Source: Eledone cirrhosa (taxonomy: Eukaryota). From it: DNA of 64,000 nt. Below are positions 1 through 11,755 of the stretch, in pieces. How positions within the stretch are numbered: the stretch's first letter is position 1; each line of letters starts with the position of its first letter. The stretch lies in contig OZ024743.1 of assembly GCA_964016885.1 (NCBI GenBank), positions 331,824,001 to 331,888,000 of the forward strand. Reading direction: 5' to 3'. The position numbers and the translations under genes were made by a program. The notes below the pieces were generated by a model, which saw nothing but the letters and a program-made list of their open reading frames with translations, was not told the origin of the DNA and did no database searches.

Positions 1-1225
1 TAGAGAATAAATTCCAAACCTGGAAGCAGGGACTAGAGAGAAAGGGCCTCAAAGTCAACATGACAAAGACTAAGGTCCTTATAAGTAGACGAGAAAACAG
101 AACCCAGATCCCCTCAGGGAAATGGCCTTGCTCAGTATGTAGGAAAGGTGTAGGTAGGAACTCCATTCTTTGCCCCAAATGCAAACAATGGGTACACAAG
201 AGATGTAGCGGGATCTCAGGAAGCTTAATTAAGAATGTAGGATTCACATGCAGCAGCTGTGCTGAAACAGCAAGCAAACAGCCACAGGAAACAAGTACCA
301 CCAATCTCTGGGAGGGCCCTGTAGAAACAGTAGACAGCTTCTGCTACCTAGGTGACCGAATTAGCAACGGAGGTGGGTGCTCAGAAAGTACAATAACTAG
401 GGTAAGAACGGGATGGAAGAAGTTTAGGGAACTACTACCACTGCTAGCTGCAAAAGGCTTCTCCCTCAGAATGAAAGGCAGACTGTATGATGCGTGTATC
501 CGAACAGCGATGTTGCATGGTAGTGAGACCTGGGCGCTGAAGGTGGAAGACTTACGTAGATTAGAGAGAAACGAAGCCTGCATGCTCCGATGGATGTGTA
601 ACAGTAATATACGTGAACGACAAAGCATAAATGAATTGAGAGAGAGACTGAGCATAAGAGGAATCAAATGCTGCGTGCAGGAGAGGCGGTTATGCTGGTA
701 TGGACATGTGATGTGTATGAAGGATGACAGCTGCATAAAAAGGTGCAGAGCACTAGAAGTTGATGGAAACCGCGGAGTGGGGAGACCCAAGATGACTTGG
801 GATGAGGTGATAAAAGCCGACCTTACCCAACTACACCTCTCAAAGTCAATGACACACGACCGTGACCTCTGGCGTCACGCAGTAATACAGGGTACCCGAC
901 CTCCCATGGGTACATGCTGAAGCATATAAACAATATGCCCCCCCCCCCCCCCCCCCACCGCAAGGTGGTCGTGGAGGTGCCACGGCAAAAAAGCACCCAG
1001 CCCACACTGTAAAGTGGACGTGTAGGCGCCACGAAAAAGCACCCAGCACTCACTGTAAATGAGGTTGGTGTTAGGAAGGGCATCCAGCTGTAGAAATCAA
1101 GCCAGATCAGTTCCTGTATGAGCAAGGCATGGTCAGCCGACCAGACACTGCCCACAACAGGACAACCCGTCTAACCCATGCTAGCGTGGAAGAACGGACG
1201 TAAAACGGTGATGATGATGATGATG
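1..1225 (+). mobile_element. RTE-clade LINE (subfamily A), 3' part: end of RT with PHD-type finger, C-terminal domain, 3'UTR and (GAT)n tail
   Basis: ORF 60-920 has KTKVL, CSVC..CPKC..HKRC..CSSC, FCYLGD, MLHGSETW, RLCWYGHV and GRPK.TW (RTE motifs). It ends in the stem-loop cccatgctagcgtgg followed by (GAT)n. Confidence 0.95.
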
Positions 1226-1553
1226 AGAACAAACAAACATTAAACAATTCTTTAAAAAAATTTAAAAAATGATTTACCTGTTCATAATGCTATTACTGGC
1301 GGTTTCGCTTTACAAAAGGTTAGAGATTCAGAGAATTTCTAACGGAAAAGTAAAGTTCATCAGATAGCTATTTCCATACAGTAGGAACTAGTCCCACCAT
1401 CTGCAAATAATTTGCCAACTACCAGCTAGTGTGAGTGAGGCCGTTAGAATGACCCACACATGAACTGGCCACTAGAAAAAGCGGGAAATATTACAGATTC
1501 GTTAATGGCTATACTGCTAAAAAAATAGCAGTAAGCAGCAACAAATTTTTTTC

Positions 1554-1833
1554 TGAGTTCAATTCTCAGACCGGCTGATGTGTTGTTTCCTTGAGCAAGA
1601 CACTTTATTTCACATTGCTCCAGTTTACTCAGCTGTAGAAATGAGATGATAGGACTGGGGTCCCTATCATTCCACTGCAAAGTGGTCATGGCGGTGTCAC
1701 GGCAAAAAAGCACCCAGCATTCACTGTAAATGAGGTTGGTGTTAGGAAGGGCATCCAGCTGTAGAAATCAAGCCAGAATCAGTTCCCGTCCCACCCTTGC
1801 AAGCAGGGAAAAGCGGACATAAAATGATGATGA
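1554..1833 (+). mobile_element. 5'-truncated tRNA-derived CORE-type SINE with RTE-derived 3' tail
   Basis: B-box gagttcaattc, CORE-like ccttgagcaagacacttta...ctcagctgtagaaatgagatgata, then RTE-A 3'UTR sequence and an RTE-B terminus with (GAT)n. Confidence 0.85.
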
Positions 1834-2889
1834 CATATATATATATATATATATTTATATCAAAGTTCTTTCATCACACATCTGTGACATCAGTAATACT
1901 GGTGCTACTATTCAACTAGTTAGACCATTATTCAACAGAGTGCTCAAGTCTGTTTTGTGTTAATAGTCTGGAACTAGCTGTTGAAATGGCAAGAGCTCAG
2001 CTATCTACCATGACTTTTTATAGGTGCAAATCCCACAGTCATTTGTGACCGAAGGGGGTTTTACCCTTTTTTATATAATCTACAATGATTTTATTTAGGA
2101 ACCCTTATTAAATTATCTTACAACTAAATCCCTCTAAATTCTTGATTAACTACACAATTACTTGAGAACCATGAGTGATGTCTTTCATTAGAAATATGGT
2201 GACAAAAGTGTTAAAGAGATTCTTATAAATAAATATAGTTTAAGATTTCAATATTAGACCAAGAATATCTATTTTGAAAATTATCACTTGAAGATTATCA
2301 GAGGTTATACTGTAGAATAAAATAGAAAGATGGAAAGAAAGATGATGTTGAGAATGTTACAAAAGATCATACGTTAAAAATAACAATGTATCTTAGAAAT
2401 CTTGACATGCAATTACAGACAAAAGGTTGATACATGAATTGCATTGAAAACTGTCATATGAAGAAGAGGTGAAAAAAAAATGGGAATAAATGTTTTGAAT
2501 GTTTCTATTGTAAACTATGACACTGATTCTGCATTTTTTAACAATGATTCCATGTTCAAAAGGAAAATATATATTTGTTTGTATTGAAGCACTCCACAAA
2601 CAGAAAAATGAAATGAAACTATCTATGATTTTCAAAGAATCAGCTATTTTTACCATTCTACATTCGATACTTTCAAAGTAGTTAGATAAAAAAAATTTGA
2701 AACATTCTTATTTTCTAATAACTAATTCTAAGATGAATGAAAAAAAATGATTTTTAAATGCAATATTTGCATAAACATTGTAAAGTCTTCAGTGGATCAA
2801 ACAATCTGTTAAATTGTGGCTTTTTAACTACTTTAAGAAAAAGTTCCTAATGTTAGTTGTACATCTGAAAAATATGAAAACTAATAATT

Positions 2890-3355
2890 ATGGTTTCTGT
2901 TTTAGACACAATGACAACAATTTTGGAGGGAGAGAGAGGAAAGTCGATTAAATCGACCCTAGTGTGTTACTGGTACTTCATTTTATTGACCCCTGTAAGG
3001 ATGAAAGACAAAGCTTACCTCAGTTGAATTTGATCTCCAAATGTAAAGAGACATAGCTATGCTGCAAAGCATCGTGTCCCACACTCTACCAATACTGCTA
3101 CTCCACTGTTCTAACTGAATGAAATAATAATAATAATGATGGCTTCTAATTTAGGCACAAGGCCAACAACTTGAGGAGGAAGGGAAAGTTGATTGAATTG
3201 GCCTCAGTGCATTACTGGTGCTTATTTTATCAACCACATAAGGATGAAACGCAAAGCTAACCTTAGCAAGATTTGAACTCAGAACATAAAGGATCATAAC
3301 TATGCCGCTTAACATGTTGTCCAATGCTCAACTGATACTGTCAATCTACCACTCT
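2890..3355 (-). mobile_element. Two tandem tRNA-derived SINE copies (Meta/MESC-like central domain)
   Basis: Both match the 37785-37968 copy (tRNA head, gttgactttgcctttcatcc..ggtcgataaaataaagtaccag, ccttgtgcctaaa, (ATT)n tail). Confidence 0.8.
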
Positions 3356-3387
3356 AATTATAATAATTTAAAAACAAACTGAATGAT

Positions 3388-4010
3388 CTTCTCCTTCACC
3401 CATTTATTCCTGGGAGGGTTGTGGGGGCAGAGCCCTCAAAAAATCCTTCCAGTGGGTCCTGTTAGAAGCAACTGTCTCAACTGATCTGGCTGGATCCCCA
3501 AGCATCACCAACCAAGATCATGGATGTTATCCAACAATCTTGCTCAGGGTCTACTCCTGGGTTTACTGCTGGTTGGTTTTGCCAACAAACTCTGTCCAGT
3601 GATTCTTTCCTGAGACATTCTACCCACATGCCCATAGTATCAGAGCTGTGATCTCTCAATTCAGAGAAGTAGTGGCTATATCTGGAGTGACTCTCTGATC
3701 TCTGAGCTATGTACTCTATCGAGTAACATTACATCAAAAGCCCTTCGGAAGAATCCTATTTCGGCCGCTTGTATTCGCCATCATATTCTTTCGGCCCGTT
3801 ATCTAAGGTTCATGACCATAGGTACGAGTTGGCACCTCCCATCTTCTGATTACCGAATGTTGAAGCTGGTGCATTACTGCACCAACTCCTGCAATTCTTG
3901 CACTTAATTCAGCCTCCTGCCTTCCATCACTCATGAACATGGCCCTGAGATACTTGAACTTCTCTACCTGCTTCAGTGGGACTACATTTACACGTAGAGT
4001 GCACTGAATT
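3388..4010 (-). mobile_element. Degenerate Rex3/Expander-like RTE LINE 3' fragment
   Basis: Minus strand reads LLLN*EITAL/RSQL..GHVGRM, a GRP-like region, and the ALPPQPSQE terminus. Homologous to 24035-24325. Confidence 0.75.
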
Positions 4011-4199
4011 ATAAATAAACAAATATGAAACTAAAAATTGGTCCCCACCTCCACCCTGTCATATTCTTTACAATAATATCTCTCTTTATGAAATATTTTC
4101 TCAAGAGGAAATATTTTTGCTCTACCATTGCACTTTAATGAAAGAAAACCTTTGAACATAGCTATTTCTTCAAAGCCAGAATGGTTATACAGATAAAAT

Positions 4200-4351
4200 A
4201 TACATACACACACACACACCCATATATATGTATATATAAATATATATACATAAGTGTATGTGTGTGTGTGTGTATGTGTGTGTGTGTGTGTGTATGTGTG
4301 TGTGTGTGTATGTATATATAAGCAGGGAAGAGCGGACGTAAAATGATGATG

Positions 4352-4389
<38 letters not shown>

Positions 4390-4426
4390 CACCCATGCTA
4401 GCATGGAAAATGGATGTTAGATGATG

Positions 4427-4492
<66 letters not shown>

Positions 4493-4500
4493 TGTGTATG
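4200..4500. repeat. (CA)n/(TA)n microsatellites with two embedded solo RTE 3' termini
   Basis: agcagggaagagcggacgtaaaatgatg at about 4321 and cccatgctagcatggaaaatggatgttagatgatg at about 4391, within dinucleotide runs. Confidence 0.9.
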
Positions 4501-4866
4501 TTACAACCACCTTTCTTTCTTCGTCTGTATCATATCGTCCGGTTTAGCTAGCTGAATGACAATATTTCTATAGAGCCAGGCCAATCTCTTTAACATATGG
4601 TGTCGATGTGATAAGACTCCGTTAATGATGCAGATAACTGCTTTCTTCACACACACACAAGTTTCAGACATACACACACAAACATATACAAGTTTCATGT
4701 AGACACACAGATATATATATATACATACAAGTTTCATACACACACAAGGCTTTGATTAGGAAACCTCAAGACTGAAATTTTGAAATATTTCCTTCACTGA
4801 CTTATTTAAATAGCAATCTGGATAAATTTGTCTATGAAACCTTTTTGTTATTCACAATTGTTTAAG

Positions 4867-4916
<50 letters not shown>

Positions 4917-4929
4917 TATATATATTTAT

Positions 4930-6930
4930 TAAAATAACAGATTAAAGTTTAAGCAAAGAATCGCTGCTTTATTTCGATAATCCGCGAAAAGCAGACAAGA
5001 AACAGGATAAATTTGGGTTTAAAACCTATAATAACCCTCCGCGTAACCCACCATTGCTACCCTTCGAAAATGATGTCTTGGAACTCATACTGAGTATCAA
5101 ATTTCGGAATAGGAGCAATTCCTTCCAGCAGGACCTGAAGAATAGAATTTGTTCTATTAAGGATTCTAATGCCATGCACGTCCATTCCGACAAAACTGGC
5201 AACCTATATCAAGTGGAGCGCAGTACTTACCATCAACTACTACATAATGCTGTAACTAAGGATTACCGTAAAACTAATCGGTGCGTCATCAATGAAATCA
5301 ACGATGCTGGGTTTAAAATCACCTCTGATCTCAACATCCTGGACCGGACCGAACCTCTGGACCCTATTTCTCCCCACTTTACCCTGAAGGATCACAAATC
5401 CAATTTTCCGAACAACCCCTCTATTCAGCTTATTAACCCTACGAAGTCCGATTTAGGTAGACTTAGTAAAAGGATTCTTGATAGAATTATACCTGAAATT
5501 AGAAGTTTGGCCCCTCTTGCACTGTGGAACAATTCTTTTGCAGTGATTGATTGGTTCAATGGCATATGCAACAAAGAACATTGCTGTTTTATCCAATTCA
5601 ACATCAATAATTACTACTCCTCCATCACTTTACCACTTCTCCTTAGAGCTATCAATTTCGCTAAAACACTCACAGTGGTTAAGGATTTCGAAGTTGATGT
5701 CATCCTCAATGCCCGTAAGTCGGTGATTAATTTCGACGACTCTATTTGGATTAAAAAATCCAATAGTACCCCATTCGACGTGAGTATGGGCGCCAGCGAT
5801 TCCGCAGAGGTTACTGATCTTATCGGCCTTTTCCTTCTTTTCTTTATCAAGGACGAATTCCCCAACGTGGGCGGTGGTTTGTACCATGATGATGGTCTTT
5901 TGACCATGACTAAGTGCGGCCCTCGTGCTTGCGACAGGTTCAGAAAAGAACTCACAGCCTTCTTTAAAGGCTTCAACCTTTCTATACAGTTTGAGGCCAA
6001 CCTCTCGGTCGTTAATTACCTCGACGTTACCCTCAATTTATCGAATGGCTTGTATTAGCCGAATGATACACTTAATTACATAAGTAAGCATTCCAACCAT
6101 CCTGCCACCATAACCAAGAACCTGGTAAGAAACGTTTCATTGAGGCTTTCCCGTCTTTCTACTAATGAGCATATTTTCAACGACCATTCCACATATTACA
6201 ATGAAGCTCTTGCTCGGAGTGGATTTGTCGATAAGGTAGCATATACAGAGTACAAGAATAGACCTAGAAGAAATAGATCCCGACGCATTATATGGTATAA
6301 CCCACCATATAATATGGATGTGGCCACACCATTAGCTAAGATCTTTCTATCCCTTATTACGAAGCATTTTCCCTCTACACATAAATATAGTAAAATTTTT
6401 AATAGAAATACTATTAAAATTTCTTACTCTACGACTCCTAACTTTGCACATAACATCACAGCTTCAAATTTAGCTAAACTACCTAGCCGTAGGAACACGT
6501 GCAACCCTGTAGTTATTACTAACTGTAATTGTAGGAATCGGGTTGATTGCCCCTTATCCGGGAAATGCCTCTCTAGTAACATTGTCTACAAATGTAAGGT
6601 TGAAACACCCACGTCTCGTAGGGCCTACATAGGGTTAACCGCCAATAGATTCGAGCAGCATCTTTACATGCATACCCATTCGTTACCCTCTAAGAAGGAA
6701 TATGACGTCACTTTCAGCATATATCTGAAGTCTAAAAGACAACCACACCCAATATAAGTTACACTGGGAGATCCTAGCTAGGGCTAGATCGTATAACGGA
6801 AATAAAAGACCATGTGACCTCTGCGCGCTGAGGCCCTGTAAATACTCTACGCCACAGACCACATCTTAAACAAAAAATCTGAGGCAATTTCGGCTTGTAA
6901 ACATAAATTGCACAAAACTTTCCTGTATTA
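4930..6930 (+). mobile_element. Penelope-like retroelement (RT plus C-terminal GIY-YIG endonuclease), pseudogenised
   Basis: ORFs 5054-6058 and 6140-6757 contain FDVSMGASDSAEVTDLIG, LYHDDGL, NYLDVTLNL, RIIWYNPPY, CNCRNRVDCPLSGKCL and IVYKC..AYIGLT. There is a stop at 6056-6058 and later frameshifts. Confidence 0.9.
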
Positions 6931-7552
6931 CAGCCCCACATTATACCCTAACGGATAGTACGATCTATACGCGGATATTTTACGTCTTGATGTGGTAGCT
7001 AAGTATATGTTATGTTTATACCATTACTTATTTGCATAGGTATGTATATATTTCCTGTATGGTTTGTGAAGGTACGTATACTTTCTCGTACGTATATGTG
7101 ATTGTATATGTTATGGCATATATTTTATATATTCTGGTACATATGCTTTTGGTTATGTGTATACGTGAGTTTTGCTTCTCTATGAGTATGCGGGTTCGTA
7201 CGTATGTAGGGTGTGTGTATATGTGTACTTCGTGTTTTGGTTGACATACGTCTCCGAACATTTGTGTATTTACATGTAGGTGTGTGTGTGCGCTTGTTAT
7301 ATACATATTTAATTATTTGTATATATTATTTGTATTCCGTCTAACCCATGCTAGCGTGGAAGAACGGACGTAAAATGGTGATGACGCACACACACACATA
7401 TTTATATGTGCTTGTATTTGCATACCCATGGCGAGTGTTTTCGCGTATGCTTGTGTATGTACGTATTTGGATGCGTGTATGTATTTATTTAATTTCAATT
7501 ACCTCTGTATTTTATTTACTTTATTCTTAACTCTGAAGCAGAGAATCATTCG

Positions 7553-8565
7553 TTTAAGACTGGCCGTCCATGGGAACTTCTCTATGCTGACGATCTGGTT
7601 CTTATAGCAGAATCAGAGGAGCTAGAGAATAAATTCTGGCTATGGAAACAGCAGTTGGAAGCAAGAGGACTGAGAGTGAACCTAGCTAAGACAAAAGTGT
7701 TGATGAGTAGAAAAGAGGACAAAACTCTGATTCCGTTGGGGAAATGGCCATGTTCAATATGCAGTAAAGGAACTGGCATAAATTCTATAAAATGCACACA
7801 ATGCACAGAAGAGATGTAGTGGGATAGCAAGCAAACTAACAGATAGGGAGAAATACGTATGCAGTAGATGTACAGGGAAATTAGACAGTAGAAGTCGCAT
7901 TGATAGACACATTTTTCAAATGCAGGCGGGTGCTATAGAAGTGGTGGATAGCTTCCAGTACCTAGGAGATCAGATTAGCATGGGAGGGAGTGTTCCGAGG
8001 CCATAGTATCTAGAATAAGGACGGGTTGGAAGAAGTTTAGGGAGCTGCTTCCTCTGCTGACGAAGAAGGGTTTCTCGCTGCGTATGAAAGGCCGGTTATA
8101 TGATGACTGTGTGAGGAGCACGATGCTGTATGGTAGTGAGACATGGGCAGCAACTGCAGAGGATATGCGATGGCTGGAGAGAAATGAGGCAAGCATGCTC
8201 CGTTGGATGTGCAATGTCAATGTGCGTGAACGACCCAGCATGGATGTGTTGAGAGAGAAACTGTGTCTGAGAGGGATAGAATGTAGTGTGCGAGAGAGCA
8301 GACTGCGGTGGTATGGACATGTGATGCACATGGAGGATGACCGATGGATGAAGAAGTGCCAGGAAATGCCAGTTGAAGGAAGACGTGGTAGAGGTAGACC
8401 ACAAAAAACATGGGCGGAGGTGGTGAGAACAGACCTCAGATTGCTGAAGCTCACGGTGGAGATGACGAAGGACCGTGACAAGTGGAGAGATGGTGTGCTG
8501 AATAAGACCCGATCCACCCTTGCAAGCAGGAAAAAGCGGACGTAAAATGATGATGATGATGATGA
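7553..8565 (+). mobile_element. RTE LINE subfamily B, 5'-truncated, frameshifted
   Basis: FKTG.PWELLYADDL at about 7553-7600, a PHD remnant, ORF 8084-8545 (YGSETW, RLRWYGHV, GRGRPQKTW) and a (GAT)n tail. Confidence 0.93.
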
Positions 8566-8573
8566 TATATATA

Positions 8574-10047
8574 TCATCATCATCATCAACGATTAACATC
8601 TATCTTCCACACCAGCATGGGTTAGACGGGTCCTATTTTAAGGCAAGTTGTCTGGCTGGATGCCCTTCCTAATGCCAACCACATTTACAGTGTATGTTGG
8701 GTGCTTTTTGCCATGTCTTTTACACGTCCACTTTACAGTGTGGGCTGGGGGAGAGGGTTTGGGGCGAGCATTCTGTACATATGCTTCAGCTTGTGTTAAG
8801 TCGGGTCTTCAGTATTACTGCACATCGCCAGAGATTCCGGTCATGTGTCATCTCCTCTGAGAGGTGCAATTGGGAAAGGTCGGCTTTTATCACCTCATCC
8901 CAGGTCTTCCTGGGCCTCGCCACTTCAAGGCTTCCAACGACTGAGCGCTCTTCACTTTTTTATGCAGCTGTCATCCTTCATACACAACACATGTCCATAC
9001 CAACGCAATATGCTCTCCTGCACACATCATTTAATAATAATGAAAATATTGTGTACAGTGCTCAGGTGCACTACAACTCATCAAAAGTGTATGTATAGTA
9101 CATAGGGTTTTCTGATGCCTAGTTTCTCTCTCAGTTCATTTATGATTCGCCATTCTCGCATATTACTATTACACATCCATCGGAGCATGCAAGTTTCATT
9201 TCTTTCCAATTTACGCAAGTCTTCTACACACAGTGCCCAGGTCTCACTACCATGTAACATAGCTGTACATATGCACGCATCATATAGTCTGCCTTTCATT
9301 CTGAGGGAGAAGCCTTTTGTAGCCAGCAGTGGTAGTAGCTCCCTGAACTTCCTCCATCCTGTTTTTACTCTGGCTACTGTACCTTCAGAACCCCCACCTT
9401 TGCTGCTGATTCAGTCACCTAAGTAGCAGAAGCTATCTACTGTTTCTACAGAGACCTCTGAGAATTTGGTAAGTACTTGTTACCTGCGGTCGTTTGCTGC
9501 TTACTGTTCCAGTGCAACGGCCACACGTAAAGCCTACATTCTTAGCTAAACTTCCTGAGATCCCACGACATCTCTTGTGTACCCAGATTTTGCATATGGG
9601 GCAGAGGATGGAATTTCTACCAATTCATTTCCTACATACTGGACAAGGCCATTTCACTGAGGGGATCTGGGCTCTGTTTTATCGTCTAATTACTAGGACC
9701 TTAGTCTTTGTCAGGTTGACTTTAAGACCCTTTCGTTCTAGGCCCTGCTTCCATGTTTGGAATTTCTTCTCTAGTTCTACCCTAGATTCAGCTAAGATCA
9801 TCCACGTACAGAAGTTCCCATGGGCAGCTGGTCTTAAACTCCTCTGTTATAGCCTGCAAAACGATAATACACAGGAGTGGGCTAAGGACAGAGCCCTGGC
9901 GGACACCAACTTATACGCTAAATTCCTTGATATAGTCATTGTTAATCCTGACTTCGCTGGCTGCTCCTCTATACATGGCTTGTACAGCCTTCCCAAGCCG
10001 CTCATCTACTCCTAGCTTTCTAAGAGCCCACCAAATTATGTCACAGG
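8574..10047 (-). mobile_element. RTE LINE (subfamily D, close to A), decayed, interrupted by a CR1 3' fragment
   Basis: ORF 9081-9299(-) MKGRLYDACI..HGSETW. The RT IWWALRKLG region is at about 10040. The (CAT)n tail is at 8574-8587. Confidence 0.9.
9031..9108 (-). mobile_element. CR1-like LINE 3' terminus
   Basis: Reverse complement of the 3' end at about 55150-55230 (gatgagttgtagtgcacctgagcactgtacacaatattttcattattatt). Confidence 0.8.
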
Positions 10048-10069
10048 GTATATATATATATATATATAT

Positions 10070-10520
10070 ATCATCATCATCACCGTTTTACGTCCGTTCT
10101 TCCACGCTAGCATGGGTAAGACTGGTTGTCCTGTTGTGGGCAGTGTCTGGTCGGTTGACCATGCCTTGCTCATACAGGAACTGATTCTGGCTTAATTTCT
10201 ACAGCTGGATGCCCTTCCTAAAACCAACTCATTTACAGTGAGTGCTGGGTGCTTTTACTTTTCCGTGGCGCCTACACGTCCACTTTACAGTGTGGGCTGG
10301 GTGCTTTTTTGCCGTGGCACCTCCACGACCACTTTGCAGTGGGAGGGTGTGGGGCATATTGTCTATATGCTTCAGCTTGTACCCGTGGGGGGTTGGGTCT
10401 TCTGTATTACTGCGGGACGCCAGAGGTCACGGTCGTGTGTCATCGTCTTTGAGAGGTGTAACTGGGTAAGGCTGGCTTTTATAACCTCATCCCAGGTCTT
10501 CTTGGGTCTCCCCCGACTTC
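10070..10520 (-). mobile_element. RTE subfamily A 3' fragment
   Basis: Reverse complement of about 775-1225 (GRPKKTWDEVIKASLTQLHL, 3'UTR, tail). Confidence 0.92.
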
Positions 10521-10535
10521 TAGGGTTTTGCACCG

Positions 10536-10584
<49 letters not shown>

Positions 10585-10585
10585 A

Positions 10586-10882
10586 GTGAAGGCGCATGGC
10601 TTAGTGGTTAGAGCAGTAGGCTTGCAATTGAAAGGTTGTGAGTTCAATTCAATTCTCGGACCGGGTGATGTGCTGTTTCCTGGAGCAAGACACTTTATTT
10701 CATGTTGCTCCAGTTTACTCAGCTGAAAATGAGTACCAGCAATAGCTGGGGGTTTAAATCTGCGATTGACTGGCGTCCATCCAGGGGGGAGTCTTGTTCT
10801 CTCAGTCGCTTCACAGCATGTACTGTGACGAGCGGCGATGAATGGCGCCCGACAGACTGGTCGGTCAAGGTGATCAAGGTGA
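10586..10882 (+). mobile_element. Full-length tRNA-derived CORE-type SINE, alternative 3' half
   Basis: A-box tggcttagtggtta, B-box gagttcaattc and CORE-like domain, then gactggcgtccatccagggg..agtcgcttca and a (caaggtgat)2 tail. Confidence 0.85.
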
Positions 10883-10899
10883 TATATATATATATATAT

Positions 10900-11755
10900 T
10901 TCGTTTCTGAATTTGTTTAGCAAGATTCTTTATCTGAAAACGTGTGTTGAAACCGATATTGTTATACTGTGGGAGGGTCATGTTGCCAATAAGAAACACA
11001 CGCACCAGTGCTTTCACTTCAATTTATTATAAATTAAATTCATAAATTTAAGAATTTATAAATTTCCGGTTGGTTGGTTGGTTCCACAACCAGACGATTG
11101 TTCATATATTGTCAAAGTTCTTTCGTCACACATTCTGTGACCTCTTCAGTGACTGGGATTTGTTTCTTTGTTTTTGTGCCTCTCCTTTGTTCTGTCCTAC
11201 GCCATCTTGTTTTTGTGTGTGTTGTGTACTTAGTTTGCGCATGTGTTACATCCGGGTGTCTGTGTGTGTTTATATTTGTTTATTTTCATGTTACTAGTTG
11301 TGTGTTTTCATTTTGTCCTTAATTGTAAGTTGTGATGTTGCTATTCCATTCATGTTTTCTATTTAATTTTGGTTGGAGTTCATTAATGTTTATTGCCTCT
11401 GTGATTTGTCTAAACATTGCATCTTTTCTGTGTGTAGATTCTATTTTTATTTCTATGTTCTCTAATTTACCCTTATGGTCTATTTTAGCATGTTGGTGGA
11501 GTACAGGTGATTCTTTACTATCTTGAAGCTCTTGCCAGTGTTCATTTATCCGTTCTCCTATACTACGAGCTGTCTCACCTATGTACACTATATTCTTATC
11601 TCTACATTGTCCTTCAGTACATCTTATGCTATATACTATGTTTCTAGTTTTACAGTTAATATGGAGGCTTAGTTTACAGATTATACATTTCTTATCTATA
11701 CACATATGCGTGTGTTTCTTATTGGCAACATGACCCTCCCAAAGCATAACAATAT
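10900..11755 (-). mobile_element. Penelope-like element 3' fragment: GIY-YIG endonuclease and pseudo-LTR with inverted copy
   Basis: ORF 11319-11771(-) has NIVYSIRC..VYIGETARSIGERINEH..RQITEA..LNRKHEW. A 49-bp inverted repeat lies at 10956-11004 / 11707-11755. Confidence 0.88.
11111..11153 (-). ncRNA. Minimal type I hammerhead ribozyme in the Penelope pseudo-LTR
   Basis: Minus strand GTCA-CTGAAGAG-GTCACA-gaatg-TGTGAC-GAAA-GAAC-TT-TGAC: CUGANGA and GAAA core, 6-bp stem II, 4-bp stem I, very short stem III. Confidence 0.8.

Noticed and set aside
344-790. Antisense ORFs over RTE copies, recurring at several loci
   Set aside because: They are shadow frames of the LINE coding strand and recur only because the LINE is repeated.
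10586-10665. Functional tRNA gene
   Set aside because: A and B boxes are present, but the sequence continues into a CORE SINE body and does not form a clean cloverleaf. It is a SINE head.
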